DNA of 64,000 nt from Geopsychrobacteraceae bacterium (lineage in GTDB: Bacteria > Desulfobacterota > Desulfuromonadia > Desulfuromonadales > Geopsychrobacteraceae): assembly GCA_963676795.2 (NCBI GenBank), contig CAXXTB010000002.1:704001-768000 (forward strand). The letters are read 5' to 3'. A program made the position numbers and the translations under genes. The notes under the pieces were generated by a model. The model had not been told where the DNA came from. It worked only from the letters and a program-made list of their open reading frames with translations, and made no database searches. This document shows positions 39,028 to 48,437 of the stretch, in pieces (within the stretch, counting starts at the first letter, position 1; the number at the start of each line of letters is the position of its first letter).

Positions 39028-39816
39028 TTAGAGCGGATAGCGGAAGGTCTGGCCATCATAGGCCAGGTTGATGCCTTCGGGGAGCTCTCTGTCGTGACGG
39101 TCGTGATCGACGTCGTGGGCGATATGGGTCAGCAGAGTCAGCTCGGCCCCGATTCTTTGCGCCATCCTGATCGATTCCGGGATGCAGAAATGGGTCGGGT
39201 GGGGATTGAAGCGCAGCCCGTCGAGGATCAGCAGTTTCAGGCCTTTGAGCATCTGTAGGGAATCTTCGGGAATCGCGTTGCAGTCGGTCAGGTAGGCAAC
39301 GGGGCCACAGCGATATCCGTAGCTTGAGATGTTGCCGTGCTGAATCGGAATCGGGATGATTTCCATACGGCCGACGGTGACCGGGCCGGTCAGTGGCCGC
39401 AGGACCAAATTGGGCAGGTAGCCATAGTTTTCTTCGTCGTCAAAGATATAGCAGAATGATTGTTCGATGTGCTTGAGGGTTTCCTCGGAGCCGTACAGGG
39501 GGATCGGTGTCTTGCCCTTGTGGTTGAAGGCGCGCAGGTCATCGATGCCGTGGACGTGGTCAGCATGGCCATGGGTGTAGAAGACGGCGTCGACCTGCCG
39601 GATATGGGCGCGTAAGGCCTGGTGGCGAAGATCCGGTGAGGTGTCGATCAGGATGCTCTTGTCGCCGTCGGAAAGCAGGGCGCTGCAACGGGTCCGGCGG
39701 TTGTGGCGATTATGATCGATCGCAGAGCGACAGACGGGGCAGTCGCAACCGACAACCGGTATGCCGGTGCTGGTCCCTGTTCCGAGCAGGGTTATGGTGA
39801 GAAACTGCTGTTGCAT
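39028..39816 (-). CDS. MBL-fold metallo-hydrolase, PhnP/YycJ-like
   Basis: LGTGTSTGIP, CDCPVC, THGHADHVHG, YLTD, TH, LTHIAH, AYDG. Confidence 0.92.
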   Translation of the reverse strand: MQQQFLTITLLGTGTSTGIPVVGCDCPVCRSAIDHNRHNRRTRCSALLSDGDKSILIDTSPDLRHQALRAHIRQVDAVFYTHGHADHVHGIDDLRAFNHKGKTPIPLYGSEETLKHIEQSFCYIFDDEENYGYLPNLVLRPLTGPVTVGRMEIIPIPIQHGNISSYGYRCGPVAYLTDCNAIPEDSLQMLKGLKLLILDGLRFNPHPTHFCIPESIRMAQRIGAELTLLTHIAHDVDHDRHDRELPEGINLAYDGQTFRYPL

Positions 39817-39961
39817 CCTGTGTGGCCGTTGGTGTAAGAGTTGATGCGGTTATGTTTCAATTTACACTTTGCTTTCGGACCAGACAATAGTAGATTTCCA
39901 GAACAGAGCCTTTATATCATTTGGCCCGTTTCTCAAGTATTGTGCCCAAGGATGCGTTACT

Positions 39962-40123
39962 ATGACAGAAAAGAGTAAAGAACAGCTGAATCGGCTCTGT
40001 TGTCATTGTATCCGCCACTGTAAACAGCCGGAAAGCATTGTCATGCTTGAATGCCCCCGCTACCAGCCTCGTCCGTTCAAATCTGAAGAACTCAACTTTC
40101 GGCAGCTCGATCTGTTTTCCTGA
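39962..40123 (+). CDS. small Cys-rich protein with C-terminal QLDLF motif (53 aa)
   Basis: MTEKSKEQLNRLCCHCIRHCKQ...ECPRY...RQLDLFS*. Confidence 0.65.
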   Translation: MTEKSKEQLNRLCCHCIRHCKQPESIVMLECPRYQPRPFKSEELNFRQLDLFS

Positions 40124-40133
40124 GCGGATTGTC

Positions 40134-41249
40134 TCAGGCGATAAACTGTTTCAGGAAATCTTTGACGTAGGGCACAAACTTTTCCGGTTCGACGAGGAAG
40201 GAATCGTGTCCGTAGTCTGACTCGATCAGGTGGTAGTCAACCTGCTTGTTCAGGCGTTTGAGTTCGCCGACCAGGTTCTCGGTCTGTTCCGGCAGGTAGA
40301 GCCAGTCCGAGCTGAAGGCAAACCAGAGTGACGGACAACTGATCCGTTCGAGGGCCTCGCTCAGGGAGTCGAAATTCCAGGCGATGTCAAAAAGATCGAG
40401 GGCCTTCGACAGGTAGAGGAAGGAGTTGGTGTCGAAGTGGTCGACGAAATTCCCACCGTTGTAGTCGAGATAACGTTCGATCTCAAACTGACCGAAGAAG
40501 TCAAACATCCCGTCGCGTAACGAGAAGCGCCGGTCGAATTTAAGCTGCATCGACTTGTCGGACAAAAAGGAGATGTGTCCTACCGCACGGGCCAGGGCCA
40601 GGCCGTCGGTCGGCGGGTGTTCAAGCTGGTAGTTCCCCTTCTTCCACAGCGGGTCGTTGAAGACGGCTTTGCGGGCCAGGGCGTTGAGGGCGATCGCCAT
40701 GGGGGAGGTACTCCCGGTCCCGGCAATCGGGATAATCGATCTGACCATCTCAGGGTAGAGCACGCCCCACTCCAGGGTCTGCATGGCTCCCATCGATCCG
40801 CCGATAACTGCGGCCAGTGAGGGGATGCCCAGGTGGTCGAGCAGCAGTTTCTGGGCCCGGACCATGTCACGAATCATGACAACCGGAAAATTCAGCCGGT
40901 ATGGACGTTTGGTTCTCGGGTTGATGCTGGCCGGTCCGGTTGAGCCCTTGCAGGAGCCGATGACATTGCTGCAGATCACGAAAAAATGGTCGGTATTCAG
41001 GGCTTTGCCGGGGCCGATCATGTGGTCCCACCAGCCGGGTTTGCGTTCGTCCTGGTCGTGATAACCTGCTGCATGGGCATCGCCGGTCCAGGCGTGAGCG
41101 GCAAGGATGACGTTCGACTTGTCGGCGTTCAGGGTTCCGTATGTCTCATACGCCAGGGTCAGCGGGCCGAGCAGTCGACCGCTTTCCAGCTGTAATTCGA
41201 CGTCAAGTTCGGCGTATTCAGTTTTAACGAGACCGACACTGTTTTCCAA
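40134..41249 (-). CDS. metX: homoserine O-acetyltransferase
   Basis: [13 protein letters not shown] nucleophile, GHDSFL; TTG start with AGGAAG SD. Confidence 0.93.
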   Translation of the reverse strand: MENSVGLVKTEYAELDVELQLESGRLLGPLTLAYETYGTLNADKSNVILAAHAWTGDAHAAGYHDQDERKPGWWDHMIGPGKALNTDHFFVICSNVIGSCKGSTGPASINPRTKRPYRLNFPVVMIRDMVRAQKLLLDHLGIPSLAAVIGGSMGAMQTLEWGVLYPEMVRSIIPIAGTGSTSPMAIALNALARKAVFNDPLWKKGNYQLEHPPTDGLALARAVGHISFLSDKSMQLKFDRRFSLRDGMFDFFGQFEIERYLDYNGGNFVDHFDTNSFLYLSKALDLFDIAWNFDSLSEALERISCPSLWFAFSSDWLYLPEQTENLVGELKRLNKQVDYHLIESDYGHDSFLVEPEKFVPYVKDFLKQFIA

Positions 41250-41279
41250 CGCAGCTTCCTTCGCGCACAAAAAAGCAAT

Positions 41280-41306
41280 AAAAAAAGACCTCTACGGGAG
41301 AGGCCT
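41280..41306 (-). terminator. SAM riboswitch expression-platform terminator
   Basis: Reverse strand GGCCTCT-cccgt-AGAGGTC followed by a T-run, between the aptamer and metX. Confidence 0.75.
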
Positions 41307-41336
41307 TCTGATACGTGTACGGAGTATCTTTTGACC

Positions 41337-41464
41337 GTCCCCATCTGCCCCTGATGATATCGTGACCAGGGCAGGAATTGGCACCAGACGGCTTCTTTTC
41401 ATGAGTGAAGCCCGGTTGCCGTGGCTTCAAAGGGCCTTATCCCTCCACCACTCTCGATAAAGAC
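41337..41464 (-). ncRNA. SAM-I (S-box) riboswitch
   Basis: Reverse strand TTATCGAGAGTGGTGGAGGGATAAGGCCCTTTGAAGCCACGGCAACC...GGTGCCAATTCCTGC...GCAGATGGGG upstream of metX; TTGACA-N17-TAGAGT promoter at 41500-41528. Confidence 0.93.
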
Positions 41465-41658
41465 GTTGCCTGACACTGAATCAGGTCAAATGTTTGTGGA
41501 CTCTAGCCCAGTCATTTCGCTTTGTCAATGAATCTTAGGGAGTGCCGGTTGCGAAAGAGTCTACCTGTGATTAAGAAATAGACAGTGATGGCTATTTTTT
41601 AATCAACTGTCGTGAGGGTGGATGCTCTAAATGGTTAAGAACAGGTTGATCGGATAAT

Positions 41659-41674
41659 CGGCACGACACTTGAA
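41659..41674 (+). promoter_or_regulatory. possible sigma54 promoter of amt
   Basis: CGGCACGACACTTGAA: -24 GGCACG intact, -12 reads TTGA rather than TTGC. Confidence 0.45.
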
Positions 41675-41750
41675 TGCATTTACCGGTTCGCTGTTCAACA
41701 AAACGACAATGTTGTCGCTCTTAGTAATCAATGACGAGGAGGTCTTGATA

Positions 41751-42965
41751 ATGGAAGCTTCTGTGGATGCTCTGCGCCATAGCGGGGATGTGCTGTTTTT
41801 GCTCTTGGGGGCTGTCATGGTTTTCGCCATGCACGCCGGTTTTGCTTTTCTCGAGGTTGGAACTGTCCGCCGCAAAAGTCAGGTCAACGCATTTGTAAAA
41901 ATTCTCTCCGACTGGTCGGTTTCGACAGTTGTCTATTTTCTGGTTGGTTATCCGATCTCCTACGGTGTTCATTTCTTTGTTTCCGCCAATGATCTGCTCG
42001 GCGGCAATCAGGGGTATGAGCTTGTCCGTTTCTTCTTTCTGCTCTGTTTTGCCGCCTGTATTCCTGCCATTATTTCCGGTGGTATTGCCGAGCGTGCCAA
42101 ATTCTGGCCGCAGGTTCTCGCCGGAGCCATCTTTGCCGGGATTTCGTATCCGATCTTTGAATCGCTGATCTGGGGTCAGAACAGTGGCGCTCTGCAGGGC
42201 TTTTTTGAGTCAACTTTCGGGGCCCAGTTTCATGACTTTGCCGGGAGTGTTGTTGTGCACTCTCTTGGCGGTTGGCTGGCGCTGCCGGCTGTTCTGGTCC
42301 TCGGTCCACGGATGGGGCGCTTCGTCCGGGGCCGCAGCCAGGCGATTCCGATCAGCAATATTCCGTTTCTTGCCCTCGGCAGCTGGATTCTCGCGGTCGG
42401 CTGGTTTGGCTTCAACGTGATGAGTGCCCAGAGCCTTGAAGGGGTTTCGGGACTGGTTGCCGTCAACTCACTGGCCGCCATGGTCGGTGGGGTGCTTTTT
42501 GCTCTGGTTGCCAGCCGCAATGACCCCGGCTTTGTTCACAACGGTGCCCTGGCCGGTCTGATCGCCGTCTGTGCCGGTTCCGACCTGATGCATCCGATCG
42601 GTTCATTTTTTGTCGGCGGTATCGGCTCACTGATCTTCGTTTACGGCTTCCAGATTGAACAGGAAAAACTGAAGATTGACGATGTTCTCGGTGTCTGGCC
42701 ACTGCACGGGGTCGTCGGTACCTGGGGCGGCATTGCTGCCGGAATCTTCGGTCTGGAGTCGTTGGGCGGCCTGGGTGGCGTCTCCTTCATCAGCCAGTTG
42801 GCAGGATCTGTCATGGCTCTGGTTTACGCCCTGGTTACCGGTTTTGTCGTCTATAAGGTCATTGACAAGGTCAAGGGGATTCGTCTGGATGACGAACAGG
42901 AGTTCAGTGGTCCTGACCTAAGTATCCACCAGGTCAATGCTTATCCGGAAGAGACGGTTAAGTGA
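41751..42965 (+). CDS. amt: ammonium transporter (Amt family)
   Basis: GFAFLEVG, SGGIAER, HDFAGSVVVH, GWFGFN, DDVLGVWPLHG; GAGGAGG SD. Confidence 0.95.
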   Translation: MEASVDALRHSGDVLFLLLGAVMVFAMHAGFAFLEVGTVRRKSQVNAFVKILSDWSVSTVVYFLVGYPISYGVHFFVSANDLLGGNQGYELVRFFFLLCFAACIPAIISGGIAERAKFWPQVLAGAIFAGISYPIFESLIWGQNSGALQGFFESTFGAQFHDFAGSVVVHSLGGWLALPAVLVLGPRMGRFVRGRSQAIPISNIPFLALGSWILAVGWFGFNVMSAQSLEGVSGLVAVNSLAAMVGGVLFALVASRNDPGFVHNGALAGLIAVCAGSDLMHPIGSFFVGGIGSLIFVYGFQIEQEKLKIDDVLGVWPLHGVVGTWGGIAAGIFGLESLGGLGGVSFISQLAGSVMALVYALVTGFVVYKVIDKVKGIRLDDEQEFSGPDLSIHQVNAYPEETVK

Positions 42966-43015
42966 AATTAATTTTAGGGTGAATTGACGTCTCGTGTTTA
43001 CATAGTAGACTTCAG

Positions 43016-43099
43016 ATAACTCGTTATTTGCAGGGGGCTGTGGCAACCCTCTGTTTTCCCCTGGACGTCCTATCCCTCCTGGACTCCAGGGTTTTTTTT
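43016..43099 (+). ncRNA. candidate small RNA 2 with anti-SD terminator loop
   Basis: TTGACG-N16-TAGACT at 42984-43011; 5' hairpin CAGGGGG..CCCTCTG; terminator CCCTGGA-c-GTCC-tatccctcct-GGAC-TCCAGGG-T8. Confidence 0.5.
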
Positions 43100-43103
43100 G
43101 TCC

Positions 43104-43227
43104 GCTGTCAAAGTCAGTTACTGACTTTGACATAATTCGATTCTGCCCGTTGATGCGCTTGCGCATCTTGGGCGCGTTCCGTCTTGCTGGTTTGAGCCGT
43201 CAGAAGAAGGCACAAGTGGCTTAGGTC
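43104..43227 (-). repeat. structured repeat, reverse partial copy
   Basis: Reverse complement GACCTAAGCCA..GCCTTCT..CAAGATGCGCAAGCGCATCAACGGGCAGAATCGAATTATG matches 32431-32550. Confidence 0.75.
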
Positions 43228-43337
43228 CTCCCTGTGTCAGGATAGATGTCGCCTCTCTTTGATATTCTTTGAGTAAACCCGAGGGGCTGAAAGTGAGACC
43301 GAAATGAGTCAATATCAGTTTTTTAAGATCAAATGCT

Positions 43338-43533
43338 CGGGGTCGCGCCCCGCACGGCGCCTTACTCTTTTGTCTTGCCACAAAAGAGTAAGCAGAAAAG
43401 GGCAGATAAAAGCTGACGATTGTTGATCGGGTTTTCTTCGTGGCGTCACACCAGCATCTGACTGAGTGCCCGACGATGAGCTGGGCTCATCTGATGGGCA
43501 GAACCGGAAAAACTCCACGATGCGGAGTTTTGA
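43338..43533 (+). repeat. structured intergenic repeat, subtype 1
   Basis: CGGGG..CCCCG, TTACTCTTTTGT..ACAAAAGAGTAA, GATGAGC..GCTCATCTGATGGGCAGAACCGGAAAAACT. Confidence 0.8.
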
Positions 43534-43550
43534 TTGGGATTGAAAATGGC

Positions 43551-43579
43551 AAAAGGCCCGGTAAATACCAGGCCTTTTT
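43551..43579. terminator. intrinsic terminator downstream of the Rrf2 gene
   Basis: AAAAGGCC-cggtaaatacca-GGCCTTTT. Confidence 0.65.
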
Positions 43580-43606
43580 GATGGAGATGTTCGCGCCCTG
43601 CGATGT

Positions 43607-44050
43607 TTAGCAGGCTTTGCAGGTTCTGAGTTTTTCCAGCTTTTGCTGCTGGCGCCTGGCCAGATCGCCGATTGAATGGCGTTTCAGAACCGTTGCCATG
43701 GCTGTCTGGGCTTCGTCCCAGGCTTCATGGGCGGCACAATAGCTGTCGCGTTCGCAGCTGTGAGAGTCGAGCAGGCAATGGTTCAGTTTCAGGGTTCCTT
43801 CCTCTGCCTGAAGGATGTCGAGCAGGGTGATCTCGTCAGCTGATTTGGCCAGTAGAAATCCGCCACCAACGCCCCGCTGGGAACTGACAATACCCGCCTT
43901 GATCAGCGGCTGGAGTATTTTGGTCAGAAAGGCCGGCGTAATATCCTGGGTTTTACAGATATCCTTCTTCAGGACAATGTCGCCGGGGGGCTGTTGGGCA
44001 AGATAAATAACTGTTCGGACGGCATATTCGGTAGCGCGTGTTATGACCAC
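43607..44050 (-). CDS. Rrf2 family transcriptional regulator
   Basis: ITRATEYAVR, SQRGVGGGF, three Cys (CLLDSHSCERDSYC) as possible Fe-S ligands. Confidence 0.92.
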   Translation of the reverse strand: MVITRATEYAVRTVIYLAQQPPGDIVLKKDICKTQDITPAFLTKILQPLIKAGIVSSQRGVGGGFLLAKSADEITLLDILQAEEGTLKLNHCLLDSHSCERDSYCAAHEAWDEAQTAMATVLKRHSIGDLARRQQQKLEKLRTCKAC

Positions 44051-44217
44051 TTGTCTGACTCCTTCATTGAATCTTTACTTTATGGGTTATGAATACACCG
44101 AAGATCAGATGATGTCAATCTTCAGTTATGTTTCCCCGCAGAAAGGTGCTTGACAAGACCAGGCACTCGACTCATTCTCTAATGAATCAATCAAACTGCT
44201 ACTTATGTATGGCTATG

Positions 44218-45144
44218 ATGTCTGATAACATTTCCCAGGATATGCCCGTCGTCGGACGTTTCGCGCCAAGCCCGACCGGTCCCATGCATTTTGGAACCCT
44301 GGTCGCGGCCTTGGGAAGCTATCTGATGGCCAGGCAGGCAGGCGGAACCTGGCGGGTCAGAATCGAAGACCTCGATCCACCGCGCGTTGTGCCCGGTGCT
44401 GCGGACCAAATGCTTTTTCTGTTGGAAGCCCTGGGGCTGACCTGGGACGGCCCGGTTGTCTGTCAGAGTCAGCGTTTCGAACGCTACCGTGAAGTTCTTG
44501 ACCTGTTGCGGGCCAAGGATCTGCTCTTTGACTGTAACTGTTCCCGCCGCGAGGTTCTGGCCAGCGCTCCGCACCGAGGCGAAGACGGACCTGTTTACCC
44601 GGGAACCTGTCGCACCGGCATGAGAGGTCGGCGTGCTGAAACGGCGGTCCGCTTGCGCGTGGCGAACCGGACGCTGTCGTTTGTTGACGTTATTTTCGGA
44701 CCACGAACGCAGAACCTCGAGACCGAACTCGGTGATTTTGTTCTTCATCGCGCTGATGGTGAGTTTGCGTATCAGCTCGCGGTTGTTGTCGATGATATGG
44801 ATGCGGGGATCACCCAGGTTGTCCGTGGGGCCGATCTGCTTGCTTCGACACCGCGTCAGATCTATCTCTACGAGTGTCTGGGAGCTGCGCTGCCGTACTA
44901 TTACCATCTGCCGCTGGCGCTTTCCGCTTCGGGCGAAAAGTTGAGTAAGAGGGATGGTCCGGCGCTCATTGTGACGCGTGAAAATGGTGCTCAGCTGATG
45001 TGGCAGGTCCTTCGCTTTCTCGGCCAGAATCCGCCGGACGAGTTGCGTCGCAGTCAGCCGCGGGAGCTTCTTGACTGGGCCCTGGCTCATTTCAGCTGTG
45101 GCGCTGTTCCGGCCGAGAACCGCTGCTTCAGTCCAAAACCGTAA
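44218..45144 (+). CDS. gluQ: glutamyl-Q tRNA(Asp) synthetase
   Basis: GRFAPSPTGPMHFG, RIEDLD, YQLAVVVDD, VRGADLL, KLSKR; no anticodon domain; start approximate. Confidence 0.9.
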   Translation: MSDNISQDMPVVGRFAPSPTGPMHFGTLVAALGSYLMARQAGGTWRVRIEDLDPPRVVPGAADQMLFLLEALGLTWDGPVVCQSQRFERYREVLDLLRAKDLLFDCNCSRREVLASAPHRGEDGPVYPGTCRTGMRGRRAETAVRLRVANRTLSFVDVIFGPRTQNLETELGDFVLHRADGEFAYQLAVVVDDMDAGITQVVRGADLLASTPRQIYLYECLGAALPYYYHLPLALSASGEKLSKRDGPALIVTRENGAQLMWQVLRFLGQNPPDELRRSQPRELLDWALAHFSCGAVPAENRCFSPKP

Positions 45145-45206
45145 GATCTTTTGGTTGGGTTGTTTTATATGGAGTTGCTCACCCCTTAACGATAAGGAGA
45201 GATGAA

Positions 45207-45986
45207 ATGAAAAAGTTGCTGTTGGCCCTGCTGTTGATCCTGCCGCTCGCTGCCTGTGGGAGCGGTGTTTACAAGATCCCCAAGCAGGAATATCAGACCA
45301 AGGTCCAGGTACTTGGTGTCCTGCCGATCCTGGTTGATCGTGCCTCCGGCGTCGATTATCCCCAGGCGGAAGCGCTGTTTGATCTGGTTGAAAGATCGAC
45401 TGTGGAGAAAGAGAAGTATCTGGTCGACAAGTTGAAGGAGAAAAAAGGCTATTTCGATATCCGGCCGATTTCCCTGAACGGTGGGCTTGTCGCCATGTCG
45501 CTGATCGGCAACGGACGCAAGCATGACGCCAAGGGCTATCCGGCCGGCTATCTGTTTGATACGGCCACAGTCGTCGAGATGGCTCGGAGTCATGTTGTGG
45601 ATGCCGTGCTGATCGTTGTTCTGTCCGGTGAGAAGGTGACCGAAACCCGGCGCTCCAGAACCAAGCTGGAGAGTCTGAATACCCAGTACAGCGATATCCT
45701 GGCTACGGCCGCTGTTGTTGACCGAAGCGGCAATGTGCTGTGGCAGATGAACGGTCCTGAGGCTTATCAGTTCCTGCAGTTGCAGTATCCCGATTTCGAC
45801 GAGGCCTATTTCAACCGCACCGATTATGTCAAGGTCAAGGACATTACCATGTCCGGTTTAGAGCGGGTGTTGGCCGAAGACCCGGATCGCGATGGCGTGA
45901 GGCATCTGCCCGGGGTTTATGCCGATCTGTTCTCGGAGATCGCTGCGGGGATCAGTCCCAACCTGCTCGATGTGCTGCGTCGCTGA
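45207..45986 (+). CDS. lipoprotein of unknown function
   Basis: Signal peptide with lipobox LAAC; AAGGAG SD. Confidence 0.85.
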   Translation: MKKLLLALLLILPLAACGSGVYKIPKQEYQTKVQVLGVLPILVDRASGVDYPQAEALFDLVERSTVEKEKYLVDKLKEKKGYFDIRPISLNGGLVAMSLIGNGRKHDAKGYPAGYLFDTATVVEMARSHVVDAVLIVVLSGEKVTETRRSRTKLESLNTQYSDILATAAVVDRSGNVLWQMNGPEAYQFLQLQYPDFDEAYFNRTDYVKVKDITMSGLERVLAEDPDRDGVRHLPGVYADLFSEIAAGISPNLLDVLRR

Positions 45987-46040
45987 CCAGAATTTACTGT
46001 TGATTTCATTCTGTTTGTTGAGTACTTTTTATTTTCCAGG

Positions 46041-46069
46041 TTGACAGGGGATGCCAAAGCAGGTAAAAG
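46041..46069 (+). promoter_or_regulatory. sigma70 promoter of rho (long leader)
   Basis: TTGACA-N17-TAAAAG about 290 nt upstream of rho. Confidence 0.5.
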
Positions 46070-46357
46070 CTTTCATACTTAACTAGTGTGTGGCTTTTGC
46101 CTGCTTTTTTTGTCCGACCTTGGCAGGTTAAGAATAAGACCCGTCAAAACCTGAACGAAATCCCGATTCCAGCTAGACATTTCATATATAAGTAAATCAG
46201 CTATCACGTATACGAGCGATTAAAATACAACGAATTTTATTCATTCCCTGATCTCTTTGTTAATATTAAACAGTTGAACAAACATTTAGCCTGGCAACCG
46301 CCCGTTGTCAGCTCTACCTGAAACCGCATTCAAGCGTGCGGGCCGGAGAGTCCATCT

Positions 46358-47605
46358 ATGAATCTGAAAGACCTTAAGCAGACAAAAATCTCTGAACTTA
46401 TTGCCCTGGGCAAAGATCTCGGCCTGGAAGAAATCGGCGGCATGCGCCGTCAGGACCTGATCTTCAACATTCTTAAAGCAACCGCTGCAAAGAAGCAGGC
46501 GATTTTTGGTGAAGGGGTTCTTGAAATTCTGCCGGACGGTTTCGGCTTCCTGCGCGCTCCCGACGCCAACTATCTGCCGGGCCCGGATGATATCTATATC
46601 TCCCCGTCGCAGATTCGCCGGTTTGCCCTGCGCACCGGTGACACCGTTGCCGGCCAGATCCGTCCGCCAAAAGAAGGGGAGCGCTACTTCGCTCTGCTCA
46701 AGGTCTCCGAGGTCAACTTCGAAGATCCGGCCAAGATGCGTGAGAAGACCTTTTTCGACAACCTGACTCCGCTCTACCCGGAAGAGCAGCTCAAGCTTGA
46801 AACCTGCTCCGACAACTACTCGACCCGGGTCATGGACCTGGTCGCGCCGATCGGTAAGGGGCAGCGCGGACTGATTGTTGCGCCGCCACGGACCGGTAAG
46901 ACCGTCCTGCTCCAGCAGATCGCCAACTCCATCTCCCAGAACCACCCGGAGGTCTACCTGATCGTCCTGCTCATCGATGAGCGTCCGGAGGAGGTCACCG
47001 ACATGCAGCGTAACGTCAACGGCGAGGTCATCTCCTCGACCTTTGACGAGCCGGCCAACCGTCACGTCCAGGTTGCCGAGATGGTTATCGAGAAGGCTCG
47101 CCGTCTGGTTGAGCATAAGCGCGATGTCGTCATTCTGCTCGACTCGATCACCCGTTTGGCCCGGGCCTACAACACCATCATCCCATCGAGCGGCAAAATC
47201 CTCTCCGGTGGTGTCGACGCCCATGCCCTGCACAAGCCGAAGCGCTTCTTCGGTGCCGCGCGTAACATTGAAGAGGGGGGCAGCCTGACCATCATCGCCA
47301 CCGCGCTGATCGATACCGGCAGCAAGATGGACGAGGTTATCTTCGAGGAGTTCAAGGGCACCGGTAATATGGAGCTCCACCTCGACCGCCGCCTGGCCGA
47401 CAAGCGGACCTTCCCGGCGATGGATATCAACCGCTCCGGTACCCGTAAGGAAGACCTGCTGGTCGATGCAACCCAGATGCAGCGCACCTGGCTGCTGCGC
47501 AAGGTGCTCTCCAGCATGAACACCGTCGACAGCATGGAGTTCCTGCTCGAGAAACTGGCCGAAACCGAATCGAATCAGCAGTTCCTTGATTCGATGAACC
47601 AGTAG
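46358..47605 (+). CDS. rho: transcription termination factor Rho
   Basis: [45 protein letters not shown]. Confidence 0.98.
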   Translation: MNLKDLKQTKISELIALGKDLGLEEIGGMRRQDLIFNILKATAAKKQAIFGEGVLEILPDGFGFLRAPDANYLPGPDDIYISPSQIRRFALRTGDTVAGQIRPPKEGERYFALLKVSEVNFEDPAKMREKTFFDNLTPLYPEEQLKLETCSDNYSTRVMDLVAPIGKGQRGLIVAPPRTGKTVLLQQIANSISQNHPEVYLIVLLIDERPEEVTDMQRNVNGEVISSTFDEPANRHVQVAEMVIEKARRLVEHKRDVVILLDSITRLARAYNTIIPSSGKILSGGVDAHALHKPKRFFGAARNIEEGGSLTIIATALIDTGSKMDEVIFEEFKGTGNMELHLDRRLADKRTFPAMDINRSGTRKEDLLVDATQMQRTWLLRKVLSSMNTVDSMEFLLEKLAETESNQQFLDSMNQ

Positions 47606-47627
47606 TCGCCAGACTTAAAATCAAGAT

Positions 47628-47668
47628 AAAAAAAGCTGCAGATCCCTCAGGGATCTGCAGCTTTTTTT
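47628..47668. terminator. intrinsic terminator after rho
   Basis: AAAAGCTGCAGATCCC-tca-GGGATCTGCAGCTTTT. Confidence 0.85.
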
Positions 47669-47822
47669 ATGCCTGTTTTCGCTCTTATCAATTCGATTGA
47701 CAAAAGCTGTAACTGGCAGTATTAGCCATGTTTGTCAGGGTTTGTTTGAGGGGCTTCGCCCTCTTTTCGTGCTGTTCCGGCCAAACCCGCTTTCTCCTGC
47801 CTTATGAGGTCTGGCAAGCTGT

Positions 47823-48437
47823 ATGTTACATCCCGATACTGAAGTGCGTTTCGTCGATCCGCTGATCGGCCATGGTGTTTTTGCAACAAAGCTCATTCCG
47901 CGCGGAACCCTGACCTGGGTTCTTGATAAGTTCGACCGGCTCTACACTGAGGCCGAGGTCCGTCAGCTCGACTTGCCCTACCAGGAGATCCTTGAGCGTT
48001 ACTGCTTCAGGAACCGGGAGGGGCGCTGGGTGTTCTGCTGGGATAATACGCGTTTCATCAATCACAGCTTCAGTGCCAATTCGATCGCCACGCCGTATGG
48101 CTGCGAGCTGGCGATCCGCGATATCCAGCCCGGCGAGCAGATCACCAACGACTACGGTTTCTTCAATATCATCGAGCCGTTTGACTGTGCTCCCGAGGAG
48201 GGCTCGCCGCGCACCCGGGTCATGCCTGACGATCTGCTGCGCTACGCCCCTTTCTGGGACGCTTTGCTGGCCAGTGCTTATCCTGATTTTGTCGCTGTAG
48301 AACAGCCCCTGCTGCGCATTCTATCGCCTGGAAGCGCCGCACTGCTGACGGCCGTAGCTCGTGGAAAAACTGCGCCGCAGTCGGTCAGCGTCAACTATTT
48401 CGCCGATCCTGTCCTCACGCAGGAGTCCTGTGTATGA
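47823..48437 (+). CDS. SET domain protein (putative lysine methyltransferase)
   Basis: GHGVFATKLIPRG, RFINHS, RDIQPGEQITNDYG. Confidence 0.9.
   Translation: MLHPDTEVRFVDPLIGHGVFATKLIPRGTLTWVLDKFDRLYTEAEVRQLDLPYQEILERYCFRNREGRWVFCWDNTRFINHSFSANSIATPYGCELAIRDIQPGEQITNDYGFFNIIEPFDCAPEEGSPRTRVMPDDLLRYAPFWDALLASAYPDFVAVEQPLLRILSPGSAALLTAVARGKTAPQSVSVNYFADPVLTQESCV

Noticed and set aside
43470..43515. Hammerhead ribozyme core in the repeat (CTGATG...GAAA)
   Set aside because: Reads CTGATGG rather than CUGAUGA, stem II geometry does not fit, and the 32.5-kb copy lacks it.
47730..47820. c-di-GMP/GEMM riboswitch in the SET leader
   Set aside because: Hairpins are present, but the GGCAAAC..GAAA..GACGCAAAGC signature is absent on both strands.
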